Assembly: GCA_963768425.1 (NCBI GenBank)
Contig: CAVYHV010000022.1
Span: 32,001-96,000 of the forward strand
Length of the DNA stretch: 64,000 bases
Origin: Candidatus Bathyarchaeota archaeon
GTDB lineage: Archaea; Thermoproteota; Bathyarchaeia; Bathyarchaeales; Bathycorpusculaceae
Reading direction: 5' to 3'
In this document: positions 1 to 10,876 of the stretch, in pieces
Position numbering within the stretch: the first letter of the stretch is position 1
Layout: each line of letters begins with the position of its first letter
Made by a program: the position numbers and the translations under genes
The notes under the pieces: model-generated
The model's input: only the letters and a program-made list of their open reading frames with translations
Databases searched by the model: none
What the model was told of the DNA's origin: nothing

Positions 1-1717
1 ATTTAGTGATTTGGGTGTAAAAGATAAGGAAAACTTGCGTAGTTTTCTGAAACAGTCCATTCTCCCGTTGGTCAAAACTAAAGAAGGTTTTGATAGTGCA
101 GCGATCGAGAATCTTCACATAACTTTTTACGTAACGGGTTTTGCCGAACAAGATACCTATTTCTTAGTTGATGTCCCGACTGAAGAGTTCGGAAGGCTGA
201 TAAGAATTCCGAAAAGCGTTTACAGTCAAGAAATAGAGTATAATTATGTCTTTGTTGAAGACTTGATTGCAAGTAACTTGGATCTATTCTTCCCAAACGA
301 AAAAGACCTTACAGCGTACCAGTTTAGACTAACAAGGAATGGGGAAATAGCCATCATTATGAATGAATCAGCGGACTTCCTCTATTCCGTGAAGAAGAGC
401 TTGACAACTAGAAAAGTCGGTTTCCCAAGCAGGTTAGAATTTGAAATGACAGTGCCTGCTGACATTAAAGATAAAATAGCTGAAGCGCTAGGCTTAGCTG
501 ACAATCTAACGTATGAATTTGATGGGCCACTTGGACTTGTGGATCTTTGGCAAATGCTGAAAATAAATCGCCCCGACCTTAAAGATAAAACATATATTCC
601 AAGCATCTCGCCCCTTTTGAGCGCCGGACAGGATATTTTTGCTAGCCTGGACAAACAAGACTTCGTTTTATATCACCCATATGACAGCTTTGACGTAATT
701 ATTAATCTTCTAAAAGAAGCAGCTCAAGACAGTGGCGTTTTGGAAATATGCATGACAATGTACAGGATGGATCATAATTCGCCGGTTGTTGACGCTTTGA
801 TAGAGGCAGCTGAAAAAGGCAAAAAAGTAACGGCGATAATTGAACTTAAAGCCAAATTTGACGAAGAAAACAATATTCTCCTTGTTTCTAAACTCAGGCA
901 AGGTGGAATAAACACAGTCTACAATTTCCCCAACTTTAAAGTTCACGCAAAACTATGCCTAATTGTTAAAAAAGAAAAAGACAAAATTGTAAGGTACTCT
1001 CACATCGGGTCAGGAAACTACAACTCCGTGACAGCAAGAATCTACGCGGACATCGGTTACTTGACGTCGAATCCTGACGTAGGAAATGAACTTAACGACC
1101 TCTTTAACATCATCGTAAACGGTCTACAAGAAGAAGAATTCCAACACCTGCTTGTAGCACCAAAAACGCTAAAGAAAGAAATTCTAAAGCGAATAGAAAA
1201 AGAAATAAGTTTTCACCAAAAAACCGGGAAGGGATACCTGGCTTTTAAACTGAATAATCTTGAGGAGACAGAAATCATTCAGGCCTTGTTCAGGGCTTCA
1301 ATGGCCGGAATCAAAGTCGACCTAAACGTCAGAGGCCTTTGCTGCTTAAGACCAGGAATACAGGGAGTAAGCGACAACATTTCAGTGATATCCATCGTGG
1401 GACGCTTTCTTGAACACGCACGGATCTATTACTTCCCAGGCGACCCAGAAGATGACGTCTTAATCGGCAGTTCCGACATGATGTTTAGAAACCTCAACGA
1501 AAGAATCGAAGTCCTCTTACCAGTGCCTGACCCATATATCCGCCGCGCACTCCTTGAAATCATGCTCAAAATTGCTCTGCGCGACAACGTTAAAGCAAGA
1601 AGATTGCTGACAGATGGAACATACGAAAGAGTAAAACCTGTCAGGGGAGAGGAAATCATCGATTCTCAAGCTTGGCTGATTAAGAACAGGGGCATCTGGA
1701 ATGAAAGGCCCAGTTAA
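1..1717 (+). CDS. ppk1: Polyphosphate kinase 1 (5' end lies outside the window)
   Basis: PPK1 motifs LYHPYDSF, ELKAKFDEENNI, KVHAKL, HIGSGNYN, IVGRFLEH, SSDMMFRNLNERIE; the frame is open to the left edge. Confidence 0.95.
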   Translation, partial: FSDLGVKDKENLRSFLKQSILPLVKTKEGFDSAAIENLHITFYVTGFAEQDTYFLVDVPTEEFGRLIRIPKSVYSQEIEYNYVFVEDLIASNLDLFFPNEKDLTAYQFRLTRNGEIAIIMNESADFLYSVKKSLTTRKVGFPSRLEFEMTVPADIKDKIAEALGLADNLTYEFDGPLGLVDLWQMLKINRPDLKDKTYIPSISPLLSAGQDIFASLDKQDFVLYHPYDSFDVIINLLKEAAQDSGVLEICMTMYRMDHNSPVVDALIEAAEKGKKVTAIIELKAKFDEENNILLVSKLRQGGINTVYNFPNFKVHAKLCLIVKKEKDKIVRYSHIGSGNYNSVTARIYADIGYLTSNPDVGNELNDLFNIIVNGLQEEEFQHLLVAPKTLKKEILKRIEKEISFHQKTGKGYLAFKLNNLEETEIIQALFRASMAGIKVDLNVRGLCCLRPGIQGVSDNISVISIVGRFLEHARIYYFPGDPEDDVLIGSSDMMFRNLNERIEVLLPVPDPYIRRALLEIMLKIALRDNVKARRLLTDGTYERVKPVRGEEIIDSQAWLIKNRGIWNERPS

Positions 1718-4058
1718 GACGAAACCATGCGAAACTGACCTAAGCTACTGTAGATTCGGTTGCGAAACAATGCTAACGCAACTTGATGCTTTTGAGCAAC
1801 TAATTGATGGAGTGCTAAAAAGCAGCGACATCGAATACGTACATAGAATGCGGGTTGGTTCCCGCAGAATCAGAGCAGTGCTGCCTATTTTCAGGGTCTG
1901 CTTTCCCAAAAAAGACTATAAAAAATGGCGGCGAGAAATAAAAGAAGTGACTCGTCTTCTTTCTAACGCCAGAGACCTAGATGTTCAAATAGCTTTTATA
2001 GAGCAATACAAAGAAAACCTAAAGCCAACGGCAGGAAAAACAGGCCTTGATTTACTTCTCAGACAACATAAAGAACAAAGAAAAAGAATTCAATCGTCCG
2101 TAGTTAATGGTTTAGAAAAGCTGATTGCAAGCTGCATTTTGAAAGATATGCGAAGTTTTTGCTTACAAACCGTAAAAGAGCAAGCAAACTCAACTTTTAA
2201 CCGCGAAATTGTGCTGGAGAAAGCGCATTGGCACATATCCACCAGATTAGACGATTTCTTGGGGATGGAAGAATATGTTTACATTGAAAACGAGACTCTA
2301 AAGCACCATCAGATGAGGATATGCGCTAAAAAACTTCGTTACACACTGGAACATTTTGCGTCGCTCTACCCAAACAAGCTCGCTGGAGAAATAGAAAGAA
2401 TAAAAGCGTTTCAAGATGTACTCGGCGAAATGCATGAGTGTGACATTTGGATAGATTATATCCCAAAATTCATAACGGAAACAAAAAACAAAATACGATC
2501 GGAGAAAAACAAGAAAACAGCCCCTGCAAAAGTTGAGCTTGAACTTTCGAACTTCTTGACATTTATAAGACAAAAAAGAAAAGAGCATTATAGCCAATTT
2601 GTCCAACTTTGGAATAAAACCAAAAAAGAAGCGTTTTTTACTCAACTTAAAAAGACAACTGGCGTTGGATTAGAAATTGGAGAACAAAAAATTAGGCAGG
2701 CCCTCATGAACCCAGATATTAAAATTGCTGCCATATCCGATGTTCACGCAAACCTGCAAGCTTTAGAAAGAGTAATTCAGGATGCTGAAGAGAGGGGCGT
2801 AGATGTTTTTCTGAATGCTGGTGACTCAGTAGGGTTTGGACCTTTCCCAAACGAAGTAATTGAACTTCTTTGCGAAAAAAACGTTTTAAGCGTTGTTGGG
2901 AACTATGACCTTGAAGTTATTGAGGGCAAGACTAAAGAGAAAAACGAAAAAAACCTCGCTTTAAGATTTGCGAGAAAAGAGTTGTCAAACGCTTGTGTAG
3001 AATATCTTCATTCGCTGCCTCGCGAACTCACGTTTGAAGTCGCAGGCAAAAAACTGCTGGTGACTCATGGAAGCCCCGAGTCAATTGATGAACACATTTA
3101 CCCTGACATGCCGGTTGAGCGTTTAGAAACGCTTTCCAACACCGCCAAAGCTGAAGTAATAGTCATAGGTCACTCTCATCAACAACTAATGCGACAGGTA
3201 AATGGAACCTCATTCGTTAACCCTGGAAGCGTTGGAAGACCTGGCGACGGAAACCCGCAGGCAGCTTACGCAATATTGGAGTTTAACCCGTTCAAAGTTG
3301 AGATGATTCGGCTCGATTATGACATTTCAGCAGCCGCAGACGCTCTTCGGAAAAAATCGTTACCTGAAAGTTTCTCCCAGATGCTTCTCCAAGGCGTATC
3401 TCTTGGAACAATAATCGAAGAAGATACCACAAGAGAAAACGATGCAACCAAAAACCGCAAATATATAATCCAAGCCTGCAAAGAATTTGCGGGTGGACAT
3501 TGGGATGATTCGGAACATTATTCCCAAGTTACTAAACTTGCTTTAAAGTTCTTTGACGCTCTAACCGATGTCCATAAGTTGGGTGAGCAGGAAAGATGCT
3601 GGCTCGAATATGCTGCAATTCTGCACGATGTTGGATTATCGAAAAGTATGGGTGGTCACCATAAAGAATCAGCTAAACTCATCCTCAACGCTACCCAATT
3701 GCCCTTCTCATCCAAAGAAAGACGTATAGTAGCAAGCACCGCCCGCTATCACAGAAAAGGATTGCCCAAACAAAAACACTATAACCTCAGATCGCTAGAC
3801 CGGCACACGGTAAATACAATAAATATTTTAGCTGGTCTGCTGCGGGTTGCCGACAGCTTAGATTATGCACACCAATCAAATGTGAAAGCTTTGAATTTCA
3901 AGGTGGGTGCCAAAAAGATAATTGCCGAATGCTTATGCGAAGGGCAATCAATCTTGGAGCAGCAGGCTTTTAATAAGAAGAAAGATTTGTTTGAAAGGGT
4001 CATGGCAAAGAAATTGGTGCTATCATGCAAGACACAGCAAAAAACGCTGAACACGTAG
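1701..4058 (+). CDS. CHAD + calcineurin-like metallophosphoesterase + Ppx-type HD domain fusion (copy 1)
   Basis: CHAD (HRMRVGSRRIRA, RDLDV, HQMRICAKKLRY, QDVLGEMHE); MPP (SDVHAN, GDSVG, GNYD, HGS, GHSH, NPGSVG); HD (AILHDVG, ARYHRK, LRVADSLD); overlaps ppk1 and ppx. Confidence 0.9.
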   Translation: MKGPVKTKPCETDLSYCRFGCETMLTQLDAFEQLIDGVLKSSDIEYVHRMRVGSRRIRAVLPIFRVCFPKKDYKKWRREIKEVTRLLSNARDLDVQIAFIEQYKENLKPTAGKTGLDLLLRQHKEQRKRIQSSVVNGLEKLIASCILKDMRSFCLQTVKEQANSTFNREIVLEKAHWHISTRLDDFLGMEEYVYIENETLKHHQMRICAKKLRYTLEHFASLYPNKLAGEIERIKAFQDVLGEMHECDIWIDYIPKFITETKNKIRSEKNKKTAPAKVELELSNFLTFIRQKRKEHYSQFVQLWNKTKKEAFFTQLKKTTGVGLEIGEQKIRQALMNPDIKIAAISDVHANLQALERVIQDAEERGVDVFLNAGDSVGFGPFPNEVIELLCEKNVLSVVGNYDLEVIEGKTKEKNEKNLALRFARKELSNACVEYLHSLPRELTFEVAGKKLLVTHGSPESIDEHIYPDMPVERLETLSNTAKAEVIVIGHSHQQLMRQVNGTSFVNPGSVGRPGDGNPQAAYAILEFNPFKVEMIRLDYDISAAADALRKKSLPESFSQMLLQGVSLGTIIEEDTTRENDATKNRKYIIQACKEFAGGHWDDSEHYSQVTKLALKFFDALTDVHKLGEQERCWLEYAAILHDVGLSKSMGGHHKESAKLILNATQLPFSSKERRIVASTARYHRKGLPKQKHYNLRSLDRHTVNTINILAGLLRVADSLDYAHQSNVKALNFKVGAKKIIAECLCEGQSILEQQAFNKKKDLFERVMAKKLVLSCKTQQKTLNT

Positions 4059-5605
4059 TTGGCTTCGTGGATATCGGAACAAACGCGGTACGTCTTTTAG
4101 TGGTTAGAATAAACCCCAATTTCTCTTATACGATTATCAGCCAGGAAAAAGAAGTTATTCGACTAGGCGAGCAAGAATTCAAGGATAATATTCTTAGACC
4201 AGAAGCTATGGAGCGAGCAATCTTTGTCTGCGGAAAGTTTGTTGATCTCGCCAAGACCTACGGCGCCACCGAAATAATAGCGGTCGGGACCTCGGCTATT
4301 CGAGAAGCCGAAAACAAACTTGATTTCCTCAAAAAACTGCGAGATGCTACAGGGCTTAAGGTAAAAGTGATTTCGGGTGAAGAAGAAGCCCGCTTGATTT
4401 GTATCGGAGTGTCAAGTGGGGTAAACATCGGTGAGGAAAAAGCTATTTTCATAGATTTAGGCGGTGGAAGCACTGAAATTTGCATCGGAGACCAATTTCA
4501 ATGCTTTTACGCGAACAGTTTAAAGTTAGGGGCAATTAGGCTGACTACACAGTTTGTGGGTGAAGGATGGACAGGCCCAATCGCTGCCAGCACTTACAAG
4601 GCAATGAAACAGTATGCTTCCAGCAAAGTTCGAGTAGCAAAAGGGAAAGTGCAAGAATACGGAGTGAGGCTCGCATGGGGATCATCAGGCACAGTGATAA
4701 ACTTGGCAGAAGTAGCAAACAAATTATTCAAGAAGAACGGCAATGGAGAGGGCTTAACACTGTCAAGGAAGAACCTGAAAAAAATGGCGCCTATTCTGTG
4801 CTCTCTATCGCTTGAAGAAAGAAAAAACCTTCCCGCTATCAATCCGGATCGAGCCGACATCATAATTGCAGGGGCAGCCATAATGGAGGCGATAATGGAA
4901 GAGCTGGGCTTGGAAGAAATAAACATTAGTCGCCGGGAACTGCGGGATGGACTTCTCTTTGATTACTTATCGCATTTTGAAGGTTTCCGAGAACTCCAAA
5001 AGTCGCCTATGCGAAATCGGAGTGTCTTGCATTTGGGAAGATCTTGCAATTTTGACGAGAAACATTCCGATGCGGTGGCTTCTTTAGCGCTTCAGCTTTT
5101 CGACAGCGCAAAACAAATTGGACTGCATAACTTGGGGGAAGCGGAAAAAGAACTCTTGAAGTACGCGGCTATTCTGCATGATGTCGGAGACTTTCTATCA
5201 TTTAACGATCATCAGTTTCATTCTCAATATATTATTTGTAATGCTGAACTGCTTGGTTTTGACCGTAAAGAAATCCAAATAATGGGCAGTATCGCACGTT
5301 TTCACAGAAAAAAGTTACCTTCTAAAAAGGCGCTAAAGGCTTCAGGCTTAGACGAAAAAACCAAAGATTGCATCGCCATTCTTTCAACGTTTCTGAGGTT
5401 TGCTGAAAAACTGGACCGAAGCCATAGCGCGCTAGTGAAGAAGGCTGAATTTATTAAAGAAAATAAAGATCAAGTTTTGCTGGAGTTTTACTCAGACTCA
5501 GACTGCAGTTTTGAAGAATGGAGCATCATCCAAAATAGGCAAGCCTTCTACGAAGCCTTCGGAAAACAACTTGATGTCCATTGCCTAGTTACCCCCAGCA
5601 CCTGA
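4025..5605 (+). CDS. ppx: Exopolyphosphatase Ppx/GppA with C-terminal HD domain
   Basis: DIGTNAVRL, GTSAIREA, ISGEEEARL, DLGGGSTE, ELRDG, AILHDVG. Confidence 0.95.
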   Translation: MQDTAKNAEHVVGFVDIGTNAVRLLVVRINPNFSYTIISQEKEVIRLGEQEFKDNILRPEAMERAIFVCGKFVDLAKTYGATEIIAVGTSAIREAENKLDFLKKLRDATGLKVKVISGEEEARLICIGVSSGVNIGEEKAIFIDLGGGSTEICIGDQFQCFYANSLKLGAIRLTTQFVGEGWTGPIAASTYKAMKQYASSKVRVAKGKVQEYGVRLAWGSSGTVINLAEVANKLFKKNGNGEGLTLSRKNLKKMAPILCSLSLEERKNLPAINPDRADIIIAGAAIMEAIMEELGLEEINISRRELRDGLLFDYLSHFEGFRELQKSPMRNRSVLHLGRSCNFDEKHSDAVASLALQLFDSAKQIGLHNLGEAEKELLKYAAILHDVGDFLSFNDHQFHSQYIICNAELLGFDRKEIQIMGSIARFHRKKLPSKKALKASGLDEKTKDCIAILSTFLRFAEKLDRSHSALVKKAEFIKENKDQVLLEFYSDSDCSFEEWSIIQNRQAFYEAFGKQLDVHCLVTPST

Positions 5606-5620
5606 TGCGTGGGAAGCTGT

Positions 5621-6524
5621 TTATTCTTTTTCAAGCTCAGCTTTTGCCGTTTCCAAAGCTTCTTTTTGCTCTTTGCTCAAGGTTGGGTATTTTAAGTTCA
5701 GTTTCTTGATCTGAGACACTAGTAATTTCAGAAATCAAGGCGTGGGTAACCCATTTTTTGTCTGAAGGGATAATATACCATGGTGCCCATTCAGTGCTTG
5801 TTTCATTAACCATTTCTTCGTATGCATCCTGGTAATCGGCCCATTTTGATCGTTCTGAAAGATCAGTGGCTGAGAATTTCCAATTTTTCGTTGGGTCTTC
5901 AAGTCGCTTGAGAAAACGCTGTTTCTGCTCCTCCTTCGAGACATGTAGGAAGAATTTCAACACGACTGTGCCGTTCCGAACTAGGTGTCGCTCGAACATG
6001 GTTATGTCTTGATACCTTTGATTCCAGAATTGTTTTCCTTCCACCTCCGAAGGCAACTTTTCTCTTTCCAAAACCTCTGGGCGAACCTTAACAATCAACA
6101 CATCTTCGTAGTATGAACGGTTGAAAATTCCAATGCTTCCTTTTTCTGGGAGGGCTTTCACGTTGCGCCATAGAAAATCATGGTTCAGTTCCTCTTCAGA
6201 CGGCGTTTTGAAAGCTGTAACTTGGCATCCTTGAGGGTTTACTCCCGACAATACATGGCTGATTACGCTGTCTTTTCCTGCTGCATCCATCCCCTGAAGA
6301 ATAATCAGGAGGGAATAAATGTGACTCGCCCAAAATAACTCCTGCAACTCGATCAGTTTCTGGGTGTTTGCCTCAATGATACCTAACCCTTCTTCTTTTG
6401 CTTCCTTTTTGCCCTCTTCATCTTCCTTTTTCTTAGCCCAATCCGGAACCCAACCGGGATCAAAATCCTTAAGACTAATCTTCTTGCCAGACGGCACCTT
6501 GAAATCTTCCGAATCCATTGACAT
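5621..6524 (-). CDS. ppk2: Polyphosphate kinase 2 family (class III-like); +1 frameshift near 5723
   Basis: QGMDAAGKD, FNRSYYEDV, KFFLHVSKEEQ, WKFS, APWYIIP; the shifted frame restores a typical C-terminus LVSQIKKLNLKYPTLSKEQKEALETAKAELEKE ending at 5621. Confidence 0.92.
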
Positions 6525-6751
6525 CTAAAACAGCCCCATTGAGAATAGGTTACAGTGCCTAATAATGGCTACTCTACAGATCAGACAGCCATATCATTGG
6601 GAGCTAACCCAAAAACATGCCAAGAAAATAGTGCGTAATTGCTAAACAGCAACAAAACAAAGCAAATGTTACTTGTAAAAAGCCTATAAGAAAAAAAGAG
6701 TCTCAATAACCAAGAGAAAAAAGGAGAGAAGTAAGCTATCGGTATTTTTTG

Positions 6752-7369
6752 CTAAGTTGTCATTCCGCTGTCCGAGACATTTGCCTTTTCCGGCGTTTCT
6801 GCGGCAGTTTCCTCTTTTTTCGGCATCTCAGCTTCGGCTGAAGTTTCCAAGTTTGCCGCAGGCTTCCTTGTTGAAACGGTTTTTGGCTTTGGCTTGGGCT
6901 TTGGTCCTTTTTTGGCTTTCGGAGGAATCTTGGCTTTTAGAGCTGGAACTTCTTTGCGCCTTAAAGGAGCTTCTTTTGGTTTAACATCGAGTTTCTTTTT
7001 TGTGTTCCAGTTTGGAAGTTCGCCATGTTCAACTTTATACTTTGCAAGCAAATCCTCTTGCATAATTCTTGGTTTGTCTGTTAGAATCCAGCTTATGGTA
7101 GCTTTTTCTATGTAGCCTTGGTTGAAAAGCAGTTCATTGATCTTCTTTGTATTTTTTCCTCCGTATCCGCCCAAATATCCACCTAGTATTCTTTTGCTGG
7201 GTTTTTTTGTCCGTCCAATATACAGAATGTCAGATCCTTCTTTTCCAGAGTGTTCTTTGTCAACTATTACGATGACAGCAGCTTTGTCCGATGGCAAATT
7301 TGAAAGCGCCAATGTTTTCAGCGGCAACCATTCGGAGAATCCAGTTTCCATTAAAGTTTTAGAATTCAT
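6752..7369 (-). CDS. GIY-YIG-like domain protein with Lys/Pro/Ala-rich C-terminal tail
   Basis: ILYIGRT...R, QEDLL...ELPNWN pattern; the first GIY motif is degenerate; low-complexity basic tail (KAKKGPKPKPKPK). Confidence 0.55.
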   Translation of the reverse strand: MNSKTLMETGFSEWLPLKTLALSNLPSDKAAVIVIVDKEHSGKEGSDILYIGRTKKPSKRILGGYLGGYGGKNTKKINELLFNQGYIEKATISWILTDKPRIMQEDLLAKYKVEHGELPNWNTKKKLDVKPKEAPLRRKEVPALKAKIPPKAKKGPKPKPKPKTVSTRKPAANLETSAEAEMPKKEETAAETPEKANVSDSGMTT

Positions 7370-7523
7370 ATTTCACTAAGAACTGCTAGAAGGATTTAAC
7401 TATTTCTAAGCCTTAAAACTAGCAATTTACGCGTCGGCGATCTTGGAGTTGTTTATATCTTGATTTTGTTTTCATCGCAAAGCAACACTTTTTTGGAAAC
7501 AATAAAAAATAAACCGCTGAAGT

Positions 7524-9996
7524 TTGCCATCAACCCTCGAGGCGTTTGAGATGAACGCTTGCTTTGACCCTAACTGCGCTAGGATAGATTCAAGTTATTG
7601 CCTTTTCGGGGCTGAAGCGCTCAAGAAGCTTCTTTCAACTATTGAAGCACAAATAGGCGGAGTCGAAAAAAACGAAGACATCGAATACCTTCACAGAATG
7701 CGTGTAACTTCACGTAGAATAAGAGCAGCCATGCCGCTTTTCAAAGAATGTTTCCCAAAAAAACGCTACAAAAAATGGATAAACGAAATCAAGAATGTAA
7801 CTCAGTTCCTAGGCACCGCCAGAGATTTGGATGTCCAGATCTTGTTCATAAAAGACTACATTCAACAACTTCAAGAAACGGATCCTAAAAAGGGAATCGA
7901 GGCTTTGCTTGAAGCGCACGTTAATCAAAGAGCAGGTCTACAATCCAGCATAACTAATGGACTTGAAGAGCTTAAAAAGTCAAGAGTCCTACAGCAAACG
8001 GCAAGTTACTGCGAACAAATCGTAAAAGAATCAACCTGCACACCCTTCAATTTGTTCTCGGTTCGCGAAAAAGCCTTCTGGCAAATATCATCCAAACTAG
8101 ACGCTTTTTTAGCCATGGAGGAGTGGATCCATAAGGAAAACGAAATCCTCAAACACCATGAAATGCGGATCCGAGCTAAATGGCTCAGATATACCTTGGA
8201 AGCGTTTGCACCGCTGTATGAGCAAGAACTTTCTGAAGAAACAAAAATGATGAAGAATTTTCAAGACATTCTTGGCGAAATGCATGATTGCGACGTATGG
8301 ATTGATGGTATTCCAAAATTCATTGAGGAAACACGAAGGAAAACGGCAATAATCCCAGAAAACGAGCAAGCAGCTGCTGATCACAACCAAGATCTTTTAA
8401 GCTTCCTCGATTTTATTAAAGAAAAAAGAAAAAGTCGTTATCAAAAATTCGTCAGTTTCTGGGACGAAAACAAAAGCAAAAACGCCTTAGAGGAATTAAG
8501 GAAAAACGCGAGCGCCGGCTTTACAGCAGCGGAACATAGAACTAAAGAAGAACTGACAAATCCATACGTCAAAATTGGTGTAATTGCGGACATTCATGCA
8601 AACCTAAATGCTCTTGAAGCTGTTTTTGAAGATGCCAAACGTCGAGGAATAACCGTTTTCTTAAATGCGGGTGATTTAATAGGGTTCGGGGCTTTTCCTA
8701 ACGAAGTAGTTGAAGCCCTATACTCGAAGAATGCTTTGAGCGTGATAGGAAATCTGGATCTTGAAATTTTGGACAAGAACAAGAAGGGCAAAGGTATCCA
8801 AAAATTCTCTATAGAATTCGCCAGAAAAGAGTTGAAAAAATCTTACGAGACTTATCTTCGCGCCTTGCCTTTCAAACTCGAGCTTGAAGTCGCTCATAAG
8901 AAACTTCTTATGATTCATGGACCTCCCAACGCGGTTGACGAACATTTGTTCGATGATACGCCAATCGAAAGATTTCAGGAAATAGCAAAAACCGCGAACG
9001 CGGACATATTTATCTTTGGGCATTCGCATGATCAGTTCACAAAAGAAGTTGACGGAGTCTTGTTCATCAACCCGGGCAGCGTGGGAAGACCTGGGGATGG
9101 AAACCCTCAAGCCGCCTACGCGGAGATTACAACTAACCCCTTTTCTGTTGAGTTAATTAGAGTTAATTACGATGTGGAGGCAGCGGCTGATGGTTTGAGA
9201 AGAAGGGGCGCTTCTGAAAGTTATGCCCAAATGCTGCTCCGGGGGTTATCATTAGATAACATAATCGCGGAAGACAAAACCAAAGAACACGATATGGAAG
9301 AAAAGTGCGTTGAGATAACCAGAAGTTGCCAAACTATTTCGCAAATCTATTGGCCAGGATTTTAAGCATGCAGAGCAAGTAAGAAAGTTATCCATGGAAC
9401 TCTTTGACTCCCTGCAAGATCTGCATAAACTCGACAGGAGGGAACGGTGCTGGCTAGAATGCGCTTCAATTCTTCACGACATCGGCCTGGCACGGGGACC
9501 AAAGGCACACCAAAAGAATACACTAAAACTTATTCTAAACGAGACAAAGCTGCCTTTTACCTCAGGAGAGAGACAGGCCATAGCGAACGTAGCGCGATAT
9601 CATCGCAAGAGTTGCCCAAAAAATAAAGACTATGACTTCAAGTCGCTTAGCACTGAATTGAAACGGAAAGTCAAGATTTTAGCGGGCATTTTGCGTTTGG
9701 CTGACGGTTTAGACTTCTCTCATCAGTCAATAGTTCAAAGAGTAGAAGCCCACTTGGCTTTCGAGTACGTAACTATTGAAGCGATTGCGCTTTTAAGCCC
9801 TGTTGCAGAAGAGTTAGCTGTAAACAAGAAAAAAGAAATGTTTGAACAGTTCTTCAGAAAGAAAATTTTGCTTGCGTGGAAGCAGGCCAAACCCCTTCAA
9901 CAACAAACAAGCGAGCAAGCAGGAACGATATCACAAGAGCCAATCCCTTCAACCGATGGAAACTTGATTACACAAACCGACGGCAAAATCGATTGA
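7524..9996 (+). CDS. CHAD + metallophosphoesterase + HD fusion (copy 2); one extra G at about 9357 splits it into 7524-9365 and 9394-9996
   Basis: Collinear paralogue of 1701-4058 (HRMRVTSRRIRA, ADIHAN, GNLD, GHSH, NPGSVGRPGDGNPQAAYA, SILHDIG); removing one G gives WPDFKHAEQVRKLSMELFD. Confidence 0.88.
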
Positions 9997-10068
9997 AACC
10001 AGTCAGCCAAACTAACGCAGTAGCGTTTTTAGCCTAGAACAAACTACTCAGAAGATGAGGCTACTGAA

Positions 10069-10564
10069 GTGGCTAACTCAAATCAAATTTTTTGGCCAAG
10101 CGGTTTTGAACCAGAAAAATGTCCAATTCATGTACACAATGAACTTGCAATGGGCGCTCTTGCCGAAACAGTATGGGCGTGGCTGATACGCGCACAGCTT
10201 TGGCCAGACTTGGTACCCTAACTCAGCTAACATCCAATTTCTAAGAGGACAATCTTCCGACCTTGCTTTAGGAACAAGGTTCCGCTGGAAAACCTTCGGC
10301 GTAACCGTAGTTTCAACGGTGCTCGAGTTTGTGCCTTATGAACGCTTAGCGTGGGATGCCTATGGCAATGGACTTAGCGCTTACCATGCATGGTTGATCC
10401 AAAAAACGGAGCAAGGCTACAATGTTGTAACGGAGGAGACACAGCGTGGATGGCTCAACCGACTTGGAAATGCCTTAAGACCCAAAAGAATACAGCAGCA
10501 ACACCAAATTTGGTTGGAAGGCTTACGGGCAAAAGCTAGCAGTGGTTTGCCGCCTGCTCTGTAG
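10069..10564 (+). CDS. SRPBCC/polyketide cyclase-like protein; frameshift near 10207
   Basis: GTG start MANSNQIFWP...VHNE...VWAWLIRAQLWP joins WYPNSAN...GTRFRWKTFG...EFVPYERLAW...AYHAWLI. Confidence 0.7.
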
Positions 10565-10784
10565 GTTTCTGCTGACTGCTTTGAGCGGGTTGTTTTTTTC
10601 CGCATTCAGGACAAAACTTGGCGCTTGCAGAGATCTTATTGTTGCATCGAGGACAAATTTTCAGCAAAACTGGCTGATGCAAGAGTGCGCCGCAAAAATT
10701 GCAATAGTTAGAATTCGCTGTAACCTGCGACCCGCAATTTTGGCACCTCACATACTGTTGTCCGTAGGAGGGAACTGGAAACAT
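10536..10784 (-). CDS. Double zinc-ribbon protein
   Basis: Four CxxC pairs (CQNC, CNFC, CPRC, CPEC); ATG at 10784; the longer track ORF runs through the tRNA. Confidence 0.75.
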   Translation of the reverse strand: MFPVPSYGQQYVRCQNCGSQVTANSNYCNFCGALLHQPVLLKICPRCNNKISASAKFCPECGKKQPAQSSQQKPTEQAANHC

Positions 10785-10876
10785 AAGGTAACCTGAAAAA
10801 ATGATCCAACACCGCAATACTAGAACCAGAACTGTCTCTTTTCTCTTTTGCCTCTGAAATCGTCCGAAGAAAATTT

